Positions 36,764 to 51,038 of a stretch of DNA of 64,000 bases are shown here, in pieces (the first letter of the stretch is position 1; every line of letters starts with the position of its first letter). The DNA is taken from the NCBI GenBank assembly GCA_013265495.1, contig MU058384.1, positions 867,622 to 931,621 on the forward strand, read 5' to 3'. The position numbers and the translations under genes are program-made. Under the pieces are notes generated by a model that was given only the letters and a program-made list of their open reading frames with translations, ran no database searches and was not told where the DNA came from. Source of the DNA: Vicugna vicugna (Eukaryota).

Positions 36764-39700
36764 TGTGACTTTTAAGAAAGTATTTATTTGTATTCCCACA
36801 ATTTAAAAATTAAAATAATGACCATCATAATACAGTCATCCCCATGAGGGCACAGAATTTACTAAGTAAGCATGTACACATGATCAATCCACTCTATACG
36901 CTTAGTATTCCAATGGTTTCAAACATCCTTACAAGGAAGAGTCTGGAAATGTATAGGAAGGAGATTGTGACAGCAAGGGTCATGGCTCATATGCACATAC
37001 GTATTTACAAGGTTGACTCTTCAGATATGCGGTTTCTAAGAGAAGAGAAGGACCCCTCAAACCTAGTGTGTGTATGAGTTTTAAATGAAAGGAAGATACA
37101 CTGCATTCTTAACTTGGCAATTGGCCACTGTACATGGTGGCAACTCCCAAAGAGAATGTTGATAATGTGATGTGGTAAAATGTGTGTTGCTCAAATATGG
37201 AAGTTAAGACTCACTTTAATTTTAAAAAGCACTAAATCATGCCCTGGTCTTTGTATAGCTATGTAGTTACCAAGACCAGTTAAGATGCACTCAGGGAATG
37301 TTTCTGCCTCTCAAAACTGAGAAGTTCAAACACATCAGTCATGAATCTGCATTTTGATGTCAGGGCCAGGGGAGGAGGTTGGTGAATAGTAAAGCATAAA
37401 GAAGTATCAACGTAGCAACCTGTAAGTGAATTTCTGCCGACATGTGAAAGTAGTTTGTTGTGTGTCTGCTGCTTATAATAATAATTACACCCAAGGTCTT
37501 ATTTATTTAACTAATGTAACCTTATTTAATTATAATCCTTTACATTGCTGTTGCCCTCTGTAATCTCCTTAATGAATAGTATTTAATTATGTTCTGTCTT
37601 TATCAATTTTATATTGAGTACACCTGGAGTTTCTGTGCTAGAACATTTAACTTCATTTTTGAAAGTATATTAAATAATTTGCATAAAACTGACTTTCATT
37701 GATTCAAACACAACATCATAAATAACTATATAAAGAAACTTGGATGGCTTAGCAGATTGGCATTATAATGTAGAGGTTTCTGCTTTTAGGTCACAAGCTT
37801 AAAACCAGCCTCATATTATAAATCAAGAAAAAGAAATAAATAGCTGTAGTAATTAAATTTCACATTCTGAGTCAATAGTGGTTTTTTTTTTTTTTTTGCA
37901 AGAGTCTTCTAAAAGAATTAAAGTAGGAAGAGTCGAAATCTTCTTCAAATCTTAGAAAAATTTCCCCCAAAGTAGTACTTTAGGGGGAGGGGGAGAGTAT
38001 GAGGCCAAAATTCACAACCACTTCCATATAGTAAGAGTCATGTATTAGTAAACTTGCACACATTCTTCCTTTTGGGTGATACAGACATGAAAGCAGATCC
38101 AAAAAACCAGCTCCATATTTCCCAGTATTTTTTCTACATACCCCTCCTAAGCTTATTTATCATCCTTTCTGGTGGACCTTTTCTGCACTCACCAAACATA
38201 CTTCCCTGCAATCCTTTGCAACCCCCAGGCTCTACTCCTACTTTTGTATGGAGTGAGTTGTGGTGATCACCAGAGGACTGTCTTCTCTTCAGGCACATTT
38301 TTAAAATTAATACTGAGACATCAGTCAAATGATATGCATTATGTTTTCTTTCATTTTCAGAAAAATCTGCTGCTAAATTCCCCTTAGCTATTTACAACAC
38401 AGGTATACACTGTGTGCCCATCCTGGGCTCACATAAATCTTTCCTTGATGAAGTTTATATTCGAGCAAAATTAGGAAAGGATTTAAGTTACGTAACTGGT
38501 GCAGTTGATGCTAACAATTCAGATAGGCTCTCAGGGGTAGTTTTGATCACGGGATGGGCCCAGGAAACTGTTGAATGCTAAAAAAGTTGCTATACAACCA
38601 ACTGAAAGAAGGCAAATAATCCTATCAAATGTCAGAAGGAGAAAGGCTTCTGGGAGACACTGGAGTGAGCCTGAATCAATATTAATACCTGGGAAATGAC
38701 AGCAGCAGATGAGCTACTTTAGTGCAAAACAATTAAGGTTGACAGGGCTCAGTTTGAACAATGTGTTTCACTGGTCATAAAGCCAAGTGACAGATCTGTG
38801 AACAGTGGCAACCCTGTGTACAGTAACTGCCATCATTGACTGAGTGGTCAGGATGTTTAATTGGTGACCTCAGAATCACTAATTGGGCATTAATCTTTCA
38901 GTCAGCCATGCTTGCTTATAGAAATGATTCTTTGGTAAGTTTCTTTTTCTTTTCTTTCTTTCTTTCTTTTTTTCCTCCCACAAAGCCAGGGAAGCTTTGA
39001 CTTTTACATTAGAAGACAAGCCTACGTAAATAGTTGATCTGGCTTTCCAAGGGACAAAGCCATTGATTCCACAATTAGAAAGGTGGCTTAAAATGTCAAG
39101 AACCCTGGTGAAGTAATACCTTTCCAGAAATTGACAGTGAAGGATGAACAAGTGAGACTGAAACTTTTGCTGAGAGCAGATTTAATTGGCAGGGGTTAGG
39201 GAATTTCACAAAGATGGATTTCCTTAAGGATGCAAAGAAAAGTACCATGAAGAGGAGGAGGAAACTGCCTAAAGTAGGTCTGGTGATGTCAAGACCAATC
39301 TTTTCCTTCACAATTTTGCCTGGGGCTGATTCTGCCAAGACTAAAGAAATGATGACATCTGTATGGCATATTCAGAATATTGTAGCATTTTATTTTACAC
39401 CTTGGTGAAAGTAAAGAAATTTTGGGAAAGTGAGGGAGGAACTAAATTCTGTTTTATTTTTTTTTAAATGCATATTATATTGTTCTGCATTCAGTAGGTG
39501 CAAATAAGTGTCCATTCACTGGAATCCATTCTGAATTATATTACTAATTCTCATCTGTTGAAAAAATAAATGTGGGTTCAGATCCACGAGGTGGAGTTCC
39601 AATTGTTCTTAAATAGCCTAAGTTATTTTTACTCTTAGTAGTTTTAAGTTTTAATAAACAGGTTTACTTGAACAAAAAAGAGATATTTCATTTCCTAGGG

Positions 39701-40264
39701 AGGGATGTGATGAGTTACATGCATATTTCAAGTTCTCTCATTAACAAATATTTCTAAACTTCTACTCTGTATTATGAACTACATCATGTGTGAACTGTTT
39801 CAAGAATGCAAATGCATTAAAATAAAACACTCTAATCTGGGCGAAATGAATGACTTGAAACTGACTCTAGTCTAAAATATTATATATGTATCTAGTAAAC
39901 ATGATTATTAATATAATCATATTTTCCCTATGATCTGAATCATCAATGATCTTAATAGACTCAACACTGGAGACCTGGGAAGATTCCAGTTTAAAGTACT
40001 CTTTTACTTTAAATCAGCAGACACACAGTTCTTTCATACCACCTATGCTAAAAATCCCATGATATACTATCCTCAAATATGATTTTCAATTTTCTATTCC
40101 AAAAGATAAGTCAATTAGTAATTTCTTCACTTATAATGAGAGCCAGGAATTTGAAACCAGCAACTTGTATACAAATGTGTTTTCCAAGTTCTTTTGTCTT
40201 TTGGCGATCCAGTCTTTCGGGTCATTTGTTTTCTCAATTTCTGGAAAGCAGTTCAAAAAAAGTT

Positions 40265-40590
40265 TTACTGTGAGTTTGTTTGTTGCTAAGATTCGTTCAG
40301 GTTATGGCACATTGTTATAGTTCATTTATTTTGACTACTGTAGTACATGCCAATGTGTGAATAACACATGGTTTATTCATCCCGGCTGCCACGGTGGGTG
40401 TCTGGATTACTTCCAGTGTTCTCGCTGCTGTGGTGTTCTCACACAGGTCTCTGGCAGTTCATGTGCAAGAGTCTCTCTAGGGTGCACACCTTGGAGGAAA
40501 ATTCTGGAACAAAAGGCATATGAACGTTCAAATTTAGGACATAGGCAATGCCAGCTTTCTTCTTAGATGATTTCACCATGTTAAATCTCT
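40265..40590 (-). mobile_element. L1ME-like fragment
   Basis: atagttcatttattttgact...ttattcatcc...tggattacttccag...catgtgcaagagtctctctaggg. Confidence 0.6.
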
Positions 40591-42455
40591 ACTGTCCTAG
40601 ATTTACCAAATCACCGTTTAATTAAACCTATTCATTCTTTTTTTCTCTTATAGATTTCCCTTATAGACATAATTCCTTTTTCCCTTTTAACCTTAGATTC
40701 TCCTAACTGGTTGATTGAGAACACTGAAATACTGTAATACCTTTAGCAATGCAATTTTTCTGATGAAATATTTTTATATTTTCATGTGCTTTAAACTTTT
40801 TGTTTGTTTTGCCAAACTTAAGAACTTCCTGATTTAGTTCATTTCAGGGGCTTGTCTTTGACATTATAACTTTAGAAGTAACGTTTATTCTCATTAGCAT
40901 ACCAATTAGTCACACCTGACACTCTGTATGAGAAAAAGTTTCACTTTATGTTTTCCAACTCAAACGCATCTGTTAATATGCATTTGAGGAATATCAACAA
41001 AAGAGAGAAAATAAATCCCAGAAAGCATCTTGCAAGATAAATGATAAAAATAGTTTATAAAATTTTGAATTTAACATAAGTGATTTAAGTTGGTAAATTT
41101 TATGCTATATCTCATTATGTAACTTGCAATAATTTAATGTCATGAAAAGCAAAAATTATAGATTACTTTAAAAAAGGATATATTAAATACATTGTATTCT
41201 TTCAGAAAATATGCTTATGTATGTGTTCAACTCTGACATTAAATGAGAATAACTACCTTATTTTAATTAGATACCATGATCAAAATTTTTCTGTGTGTTT
41301 AATGGAGGAAACAGAATATGCTACTGAAAAATAATCAGTCCAACATGAGCATTATAATTTTACTTGTTAATAAGAAACAGAAAATACTCTAACAAGTAAT
41401 AATTAAAATGAAGTAAATGATTTCTTATAATTAATAAATATTTTAAGATAGCATTTGATAAGATTTAACTGCATTATTGAATAAGGCAAATCACATCCAA
41501 AATAAATAATTATCTGCAAATTGTATCTATTATAATTGGAAAAACATGGTGTACTCAGTAGCACTCTAGTTACATTTAAAAATATTAGAGTGAGTAATCT
41601 GTATTACACCGGATATTTGTAGATCCTTTTCTTTCCTCCTCATGATGCATTTTAGGAATAGAGATTGCAAATAACTTTTAAAAATTGCTTACATTAAATA
41701 TGTGAATGAAAGCCATTTTAAAGAGTTTATTATTTCCTACTGAAGCGCCCTGCTTTACTGTAACCATGTATTTTCCCAAGAGCCATACATTCTTAGAAGT
41801 TTGGCAGAGATAAAGTCATTATGTGAAAATTGTCATCAATTGCACAACCAATAATCTACTGTATATCTGATTTAAGAATGTTCTACAAGGACAGAAATAT
41901 ACCATTTTTATTCCCTGTTTCTTTCTTAACAGAAATATGCATAAAGTGGGGAAAAACAAAAGCTTCCATAATGGGATCAAGGTGCCTTCATGAAGGCATC
42001 CATGACAACACTAGTAATTTGCAATGTCTGATGGGATCAATGAGTGGGAAAATGTTCTCTTTTTCTGTACATAGTTATTAAATTTAAAAAGGAATAATAA
42101 AAAAACCCTAAGCTATGCTAGGAAAGAGTAGCTGTAAACTGACTCCATTAAAGCTGTACGCACTATTATTCTCGGAAATAATCCCAGTTTGAAGACCATT
42201 ACTCAAAGAGATCACTGGGGGATGGGGAGAATCATCTCACTTCTTTCAATCAAAAGAGAAATGAACATCAATACTTTCAGTCAAGCCAGAATCAAGACTT
42301 TATGTAAACATTAGAAAGTCAGAAGTTGGGAAACCCAACTGGAATGAGGGCAGTGTTGTTCGCTGCATCATTTCTTCTATCCAGGGTAACCTGATGCTCT
42401 GCTTTGATTTCCTAATGAAAGTCTGTTACATCTACTGTCCTGGTATCCTGCCCAG

Positions 42456-42513
42456 TTTTCCTGCCTTCCTTCCTCCCTTCCTGCCTTCCTTCCTCCCTTC
42501 CTTCCTTCCTTCT

Positions 42514-42601
<88 letters not shown>

Positions 42602-42716
42602 TTTCTTTCTTTCTCTTTCTTCTTTCATTCTTTCCCCTCCCCTTCCCCTCCTCTCCTCCTCCTCCTTCTTTTTCTTCCTTCTCCTCCTCTTCCTTCCTCT
42701 CCTTCCTTTTTTTTTC
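42456..42716. repeat. Compound (TTCC)n/(TTTC)n/(TCC)n polypyrimidine microsatellite
   Basis: About 260 nt with only three purines on the + strand. Confidence 0.97.
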
Positions 42717-43926
42717 ATTGTAGACAAAACTGTCAAACTTAGATGATACATTTTATGATCACTCTACTTCTACACCAACACCCTCCAGTTTATATGACTT
42801 TTTCGGAAAGTGTAGGTCAAGGTCAAACAATAGTTAGTAGAAATGCCCAGAGCCACATAGTTCTAACTTCAATAACCCAGAGCCTGAAGTGGTGTCCTTT
42901 GTATCTGAGGTTTTACTCCTAGATCTAAAATAACCAACTTAGGATTGTTTTTCAATGAGGAAAAAAGAGGGGAGATTTCCTAGAACTGGATATTGAATTT
43001 GCAGCATTAAAGAAGCTGATGACTAGCTTCATAGAAAGATGAGCTGTGTATCAAATTCTTACACTGATCCTTCTTGAGGACATAAGATAGAGTGAAAATG
43101 TCTGAATTTTTATGTCTCAGTTTAATGCAGAGTATATGAGTGAGTTACACTTAGTTTCATTTAATATTCATGCTATAATCATTTATTGTGTTTACAGATG
43201 CTCCGATGCCTGTCTTAAGGAGCTCTAAGTTAAGTAAGAGTCAGGCAAGCAAACAAAGAAATGCAATGTAAGATGGTAGGTGATGCAAAGTGGGAAAACT
43301 AAAGGAAAATTCTGGCCATGTCAAATTATTTTTGGAAAAAAATTTGATCCTTCCTGACTTTAGAGGAATAAATAAAGCTCTATACTTTTGGTTCATGAGC
43401 AGACTTTCTTAACTCTAACAAAAGGAAGACATGAGGCTCCATTTCCCTCCCCCACAAGTTTGAATGTTAGAGCTAAATATAATTGGCATCTATTTTTGAT
43501 CTTTTATAAACTATTTGTGGAGAAAGGTTTTGCTTCTTGATGCAAAGCCATGGGCAACTGTAATTCATCACAACTGCTCTTCCTGCTGCCTGAATTCTTT
43601 GAATAAGGCATTGTGTGAAATTCCAACCTCATTAAATCTGCTGTTTAGCTGTGCTCTGTACAGCCACTGCGAATCTGCTCTGGGTCAACCCTCCTGCTTG
43701 TGAAACCATTTAAGGCAAACAAGATGCCTGAACCATGAGGTGTAACATAACACCAAAGTCAGCCAGCCACATTCTTTACTTCTTAAGTAAATTTCTACAT
43801 TCTTTGCTGATCAAACTAAATTCTTTTTCCATTTTTATTTGGTAGAATCATTCAGACAAAATGTTGTTTCCTCCAAATATTAAATAGCATTGAAGGGCCG
43901 TATAGTAAAAGAACAAAGAAACTTAC

Positions 43927-43994
43927 TTCAGTCTACTGCAAAGGGGTAGAAATCAGAGTTTAGATTTCCCCTGGTCAATTGCACCACTTTAATT
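43927..43994 (-). other. Non-coding exon-like segment (68 nt)
   Basis: Acceptor gatttctgtttcag| and donor gaa|gtaagt; stops in all three frames. Confidence 0.2.
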
Positions 43995-46104
43995 CTGAAA
44001 CAGAAATCATCTGATGACACTGCATGGACAAATTAAGCACAATATTTTCTACTCTGCCTTACAATTTCAGATTAGAAGAACCACTCCAGAATAATTTTAT
44101 AATGTTCTTCTGCTCTGAAGCATTAAGAGTCTGTGTGTACTTGTTCTTTCCTGCATACGTGAATGCTGCATTAGATAGGTAGATGAGAAATAATGTCTAC
44201 TAGAATTGAGACCATATTCTTATTTCACATTATTTGACAGTTCTTATATGGCAGCAATCACTGTTTTTCTACCTACCTTGGTGACAGTCTCAATTCAATC
44301 AGTGACCTAGATAGAAAAGATTTTATAGTCCATTACCCAGGCCTTCAGTCATCCCACTTGTGTGGTGACCGAACTAGTTTTTAACTCCAAAAATAGACTC
44401 TGTTACTGGAGGTATGAGATTTTCCAAACAGAGACAACAGTATGGTCATTTCGTATCTGATCTGCAGATTTTTCACAGGTATTTATGACACAACTTCAGT
44501 TATTCACAATGCTTTAAATTTGTACACATTTTAAGTTTAAACAGTTATGTATCTAACCTATGTTAATATGACATTTTAATAATCCACAAAAAAGCAAATC
44601 ATGAATTCTCAGAAAATACTTTCTTAAGTTTTTAAAATTACATAGATTTTTAAAAAGCCAATATTGGTGATATTGGAGATGGTTTAGTAGAGTAACAGCT
44701 ATGTATGTTTTTGCTTATTTATATTATCACATAAAAGCTGTGACCAATTAGAATGTGTCAAAAGAAGAAAGGAGCAAATAAATCCATTATGTCCACACAC
44801 ACACACACCCATCTTAATACATTTAATAAGGCATTGTAAATGTCATTTAATAAGGCATTATAAAATATACAGATGTTTTAATATGCAGAAGCAGGGGAAA
44901 CATGATTAGAAAATTAACTAAAATTGAAAAGATATTTCATTATTCAGATTCAGAATGAGGATAAAATTTCTACACATTTTTAGCTTTAATACATTCTTAA
45001 TTTGTATTCTTTATTTTTATACAGTAAAATGCAAATTTTAGAAAATTTGACATTTTAAAAATAGTAGAAAACTAATAAATGTTACATATAGAAAAATTTT
45101 AAATTTAATAATTTTAAACTGAATTAGGTTTTCTGAGTAATGTAGCTATCTTTATCCAACTAAGAATACATGAGTTGAGATAGATATTAATGAATGGCAG
45201 ATAATCATTAAAAAGGAAAAAGTACAATATAAGCTTTATAAATAGATGTAAATTATTGAGAGGGTGTTGTGCAAAATGTTATAAGTGAGGGAATATTAAA
45301 TGAGAGCTACATAGCATTATTTTAATAATATGATGAATTTTTCTATATTCAAATTATATATATGCATTAAGGAATTTTAAGGAATTGCATTATCTCTGTC
45401 ATTTCATGAAAAATCTGAACACCTGTCAGTCATTTTTTTTTAAATCCAACAGAAAAAATTGGGATGCTTTTATTACTTTTTTCCTTACAATTAAAATCAG
45501 GTAGACTAATCACACAGGCAGAAACAATATTCAACAAACACTGATGTCTATTCTCATCCGCATCACTATTCCAGGTACTAGAGATAACAGATCATAAACT
45601 CTGTCACTGTCTGCCAGTAGCTATGGTCTAGTTTGGGGTTTTTATAAGCGAATCAGTAATCATCATTGAAATGAGTACGTGCACAACAGAGTTCCACCAG
45701 ATATAGTAGTTGTAAATAAAATAAAGGGATCAACTTTATGCAGCAGAAACAAAAATTAACCCATAAAGGAGGTTCCTGAGAAAATAAAATTGTAGACACT
45801 TAAGAAAAGGCCATATGGAGATGTCAACTCTGGTAATTGAGGGTAAGTAGGAATAAGAGATAGGTAATTATTTTATTCCACTTTTTTTCCCAATTTCAAA
45901 CTGGTAAATATCAGCCATCAACTGCATAATGCCTAAGGTGACAAGATGCAAAGATGCAATTCTAACTTCTAGAACGTTACAGGAAACATGTTGAAAATAA
46001 ATCAGATTGTAGCGATCTTCATAAGACTTGTAAACACAATCCACTGATAATAGCTATCTATAGTTCCTTCTGGGGAACAGATGATATTTCAGAAAAATGA
46101 ATGA

Positions 46105-46158
46105 GTAGATGATAGATTGATAGATCAATGGATGGATCGACAGACAGATACAGACATA
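46105..46158. repeat. Degenerate (GATA)/(GATG)/(GACA) tetranucleotide repeat
   Basis: tagatgatagattgatagatcaatggatggatcgacagacagatacagaca. Confidence 0.6.
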
Positions 46159-47876
46159 CGTGAAACATGGGCAGACAGCTTACACTGCAGCTTTCAGTTC
46201 ATAAGTTGTAAGCAGCCTCTGCAGGGTTCATGTAAAAGCCACGGTGACCACATTCTATAAACAAAGAGAACTAATGAAGGGTTTGGCTTCAGCTTGAAGG
46301 TTCTCCTGCCATTGAGTAATTTTCTTATGCCATATACTTAGCCCTTGTTATGACCTAATTATGCATAATTCTTTTGGAATAAGATCATTACAACTATGCT
46401 TATTACAAGCTCAGTAACCATTTAAAGATATTTGCCAAAGACATACATGTGGCTAAGCAGGAACACAGAGTCTGCGTCCAATTTGATAACCACAGAAAAA
46501 AGTCGGAATGAAAACATCTTTTGAAATAGTATTTTGGTTTACCCTAGACTGAACCAAGATCGACACAAACACTGCATATTTCAGATATTTAAAGAAAAGT
46601 AAATGGTTGACTTTAAAGGCGTGATGCCCAGAAATTACAAGAGCTAATACAATACAGGGAAGCATTCAAGAGTCACAATTTTATTGCCTCCTTAGTCCCA
46701 TCAAATATACCTCAAGAGATGAAAGGGACAACAGCCTCCCCTACGTGGGTCTGGAGGACTGGCTGGCAGCACAGCAGTGAAAGAATCCAATTGTGAGAGT
46801 TTGCAATGCATTTAGAAAGTAAGCACATGTTGGGGGGGTGTCTATTCCAGTATCTTTGTTAGTTACTTGATAGTATGACTATATCAATATGTAGGTAAGT
46901 AAGCTGAATAAAGGGGGAAAACCATTCAACAACTACAGTATATGAACTTTAATGCTACTTAGCCATTTTACAAATGTGGGCAATTGAATGTTAGCGGAGC
47001 ATTCCATAAAAAATCGTAAGTTTAGTGATTTTGTTAATCACTGAAGAAGAATGAAGGAATGCTTTTATCATTTATTTTATTTTACAGATAAGACCCTTAT
47101 ATAATACTGCCTAATCGGTCAGCCATTATTTTCAAGTTTACTCTGTTTCCATTTCTGGTGTAAGTTTGGCAGTTGTCATGAATGGTTAATGTTAACAGCT
47201 AAAGTTTATGGGCTAAGACTGAAGACACCATAATGTTTGAGAAATCTACACACTTGATTGCCTTGACTCATGAATGTGTATATAAGAATGCTATAAAAGA
47301 AAAATAAATGTGTGTTATAATTAAGAATGCAACTGATCACTAGGCTGATTTTCTACATCATTAGATTCCAAAAAGTTTTGCATGGAATTCACCACTTAGT
47401 AGTTTCCAAAAATTTTTTGGCAGCGGAACCTTTTCAATAAAACATAAATGTAAATAAATATTTTATTGGATATATTTATTTTACATGCTCAAATTATGAT
47501 AGTTTCATTTTCTAAGTCAATTATTGGAACTTTGAGCAGAAGATACAACAAAACTTTTAAATTTATGTCCTCGCCTTCCACAAACCTAATAAAATGGTCA
47601 GAAAGAAAATTTTCTAAAGGCTTCAACAATTGGGGAGAGGATTGTAAGTACAAAATTTGAAAGTAGAGAATGTCAAGTATAAAGACAAGTTATAACTGAT
47701 TTATCAGACCTATGAAAGCATTGTCATCACTGGAGAAATCAAAAGTAACTCAGTTGGAGCCATAAAACCTTCAAAATACTAGGAAACTGGCAATACCAGT
47801 TACCACTGAATGTAAGGATACATTCCTGAGTTGAGGTTCAAAAGTGGTCTTATTGAAAAACTGTGTCAAAAGTTCG

Positions 47877-48323
47877 CGCATTAGTTTCCTAGAGCTGTTG
47901 TAACAAAATACCACCAACGTGGGGGCTTGAGCAGCAGAAGTATATTGCCTCTAGTACTGGACACTGCAAGTCTAAGATCAAGTGGAGGCAGGGTGAGTAC
48001 CTTCCGTTGTTTGAGGGAGAGTCTGTTCCATTTCTCTCTTTTGGCTTCTGGTGATTTGCTAGCAACCTTAAGTGTGCCTTGGCTTGTAGATGCAGCACCC
48101 TGATCTCTGCCTTGAAATTCCTGTGACATCTTTCCTCCATTCATTTCTATCTCCAAATTTCCCCTTTTTATATGGACACCAATAATATTGGATTACCTTA
48201 ATGGTACCATCTTAACTTGATTATATCTGTAAACACAGGATCTCCAAATCAGGTCCTAGTCTGAGGTAGTGGGGATTTGGATTTCAACAGAAATTTTGTG
48301 GGGACACAATTCAACCCAGACCA
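47877..48323 (-). mobile_element. MLT1C-like solo LTR
   Basis: attagtttcctagagctgttgtaacaaaatacca...ccttggcttgtagatgca...ggggacacaattcaaccc. Confidence 0.85.
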
Positions 48324-50654
48324 CTGTAAAATCCATATTTCCTGCTCCCCTCCATGCAGCTGGGATATCATCTTTCCCACCTCAGCAAAGGAACAGTCTG
48401 ATACTCTGGACAAAGTAACCATTCATCAACCTAATAAACTCTTCTGATTAGCTGTACTTTGAAGCTGTGTGCAGAAGTTTTAGTTCTATGAGTTTTCACT
48501 TCACCAGGTAACTTATTAGCAGGGATTCTCTTTTTTTGAAGAGGTAGTGGTATAATAGAGCCATAAAACCTGATTCAGACATGTAAGTTAGGATGATGTC
48601 TTGCATTGCAATTTTAGAAGAATTTTCAACAAGTGATCACTTAAGAAATTTTATTAATCTGCCCTACATTAATGTTTTGACTGATGCAAATTATTAGAAT
48701 TTGGCATGCAACACATCTGTGCACCAATTATGTGTTACTTCAGCTTTTAAGAGAGTTAAAAATAAATATCCAAAGTGAAATTCAAAGAAAACCACTAAAT
48801 CAGCATCTCAGTTTTACCATAGGAAGCCATAGAAATTTGAAAGGCACTTCTACATAAATTTAGAAGCGATTGTTTGTTTCAGTTGAGATTCATCATTAAT
48901 GCCTAAGAAATGTATTGCACAAAAGCTTTTTTTGGTTCGCATATTCATTTCAGAATCTTATAAAACCTATGGTCTATCTCTTTAGGAAAATACAGTTATG
49001 CTTTTTATCCAAGGCTCTCAAATTTGGCATACAATTTTCTTTAACTTGGGGGACAGAAATAATTAAAGTTCTTAAAATTTTTGAATGAAGCTAGAGCTGA
49101 GTTTGAGCCAATATTCTTCCCCTTAAATGATAGTGATATATGCCACATAAGTGATATGATAAGCCTAACCTTCAGTTTTGTACATCTGTAAAGTTAGAAA
49201 GTAATTATGCCTATATTATACATTTTTTGTGATAATTAAATAATGCAATATACATAAAGTTTCAGATACAATATTTTCTATCTCATATTTCTTTCAAGTG
49301 TACCTAGTATTTGGATTTTTTTTTATTCTTAACATTGTACTCAACTTACCATTCTGTTTAAGTTTTATGTTTAATTATTCATTTATTTGATGTCACCTTT
49401 AAGTTGAGAATTTCTGTATTTCTGCTGGTGCTCCATCCTAAATTTGATGGTGGATCCAACCACAAAACTAATTAAAATAAGATGATCCTCTCCCTTAACA
49501 TCTGTGGTAATCAAGCATTGTGATTAGAATTCTTGTTTAAATGCAGATTTATCTGGAAAGCTTTATAAAATGATGATTTCAGGTCAGAAGATCTGGGAAC
49601 CTGTATCCTGGGTGGAGATATTTTTTGTGGACTATTCCCCTTAGAAATACTGTTGCCCTATGTTTTCTCTGGGTGTAAATCACTTCTACAGCATTCCGTT
49701 CAGGAATTCATTCAGCTTTTCTATTAATTCAGATAGAAAATTCCATCTCCTGAATCAGATGATCCCACATGAAGGCAAATCTGAGCACAATCACCAAGAC
49801 AGAGAGATTTTAGGAGTGAGGCAGGATAGTGCAATGGAAAAGTCTGGACACTGGACAAATTTAAGATTAAATTCTTAATAATTTATCCAATGGATATTTA
49901 TGAAGATTAGATGCAATGGTGAAGCTAAGATACCAACCAAAGAAAAAGCCTCACATAATTGGCCCTCTAAACATTTTTTTTTCTTCTGTTAAACACGTAC
50001 CTCTGTTCAAATAATTCAGAAATGTAAGGTGGCTTTCATGCCTACAGGAATTACTCTGATAAATATATTTAATTTTTCTCCAACATTTCTTCTAAGATCA
50101 CCCAACTACATATTACTGGGCATGTCATACTCAATTCTTTCTCCAACATTCCTTATATTATAGGATATTCTACTTTCTTGTATCATAGATTACCTCTCTT
50201 CAATATAACCCTGTTTATCAATGTATTTCTTACACAATAGTTTGCTAAACTAAAAAGAGATATTGTGGATGAGTACTAATTGGTGCAAATTCTAGAAACC
50301 AAATTATTACAGCTTATTTGGAAATTTTTAGGCCACAAAATTATATTTTCTATTTCCATTGAGTTTATTGTCAACCAGAAAATGGTAGGCTTTCTCAGAA
50401 ACTCACTGATCAATTCAGAGAAATTGATCAGTTTCACATAAAGATAACCTCAAGAAACTATAGAGTTTTATGGTGGATATTTTCTTTTAAGAATAATAAA
50501 TTTGTAGTCTTCTGATCTCCAATTCAGTCTTACTTTGGTAACAGCATGCCTTTAACAAGACTGCTGCCTAGTAATAGTGATTCTATCTATGTCCCTGGAG
50601 TAGAGTGGAGTTAACTCATTTTGTAGGTGATGTCAACAAAGCAATAAGCAATAC

Positions 50655-51038
50655 TTTTTTATTCAAATGTAGTCAGTTTATAATGTGTCAATATCTGGTA
50701 TACAGTATAATGTTTCAGTCATACATATACATATTCTTATTCATATTTTTTTCATTATAGGTGACTACAAGATATTGAAGATAGTTCCTTATGCTATACA
50801 GTAGAAACTTGTCTATCTATTCTATCTCTATGGTAGTCGGTATCTGCAAATCTCGTACTCCCAGTTTATCCTTCCACCTCCTTTCCCTCTGGTAACTATA
50901 AATTTGTTTTCTATGTCTGTGAGTCTGTTGCTGTTTTGTAAATAAGATCATCATACTAAATGAAGTAAGTCAGATAGAGAAAGAAAAATACCATATGAAT
51001 ATCACTCATATTTAGAATCTAAAAAAAATGACACAAAT
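50655..51038 (-). mobile_element. 5'-truncated, 5'-inverted artiodactyl-type L1
   Basis: Minus-strand 3' end at 50655-50946 joined to the adjacent upstream L1 segment in + orientation at 50945-51038; degenerate TSD. Confidence 0.85.

Noticed and set aside
37980..38000. G-rich run as a G-quadruplex
   Set aside because: Only two G-tracts
42377..42751. KERK-repeat and FLSF-repeat ORFs
   Set aside because: Translations of the (TTTC)n/(TTCC)n microsatellite
44820..44864. 21-bp near-perfect tandem duplication
   Set aside because: Ordinary slippage duplication in AT-rich DNA
46838..46900. Plus-strand mini exon (ctattccag| ... tag|gtaagt)
   Set aside because: About 44 nt, stop-rich, with no partner exons; illustrates the pseudo-exon background
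50405..50432. Perfect 11-bp inverted repeat actgatcaatt/aattgatcagt
   Set aside because: Short, AT-rich and isolated; no supporting context
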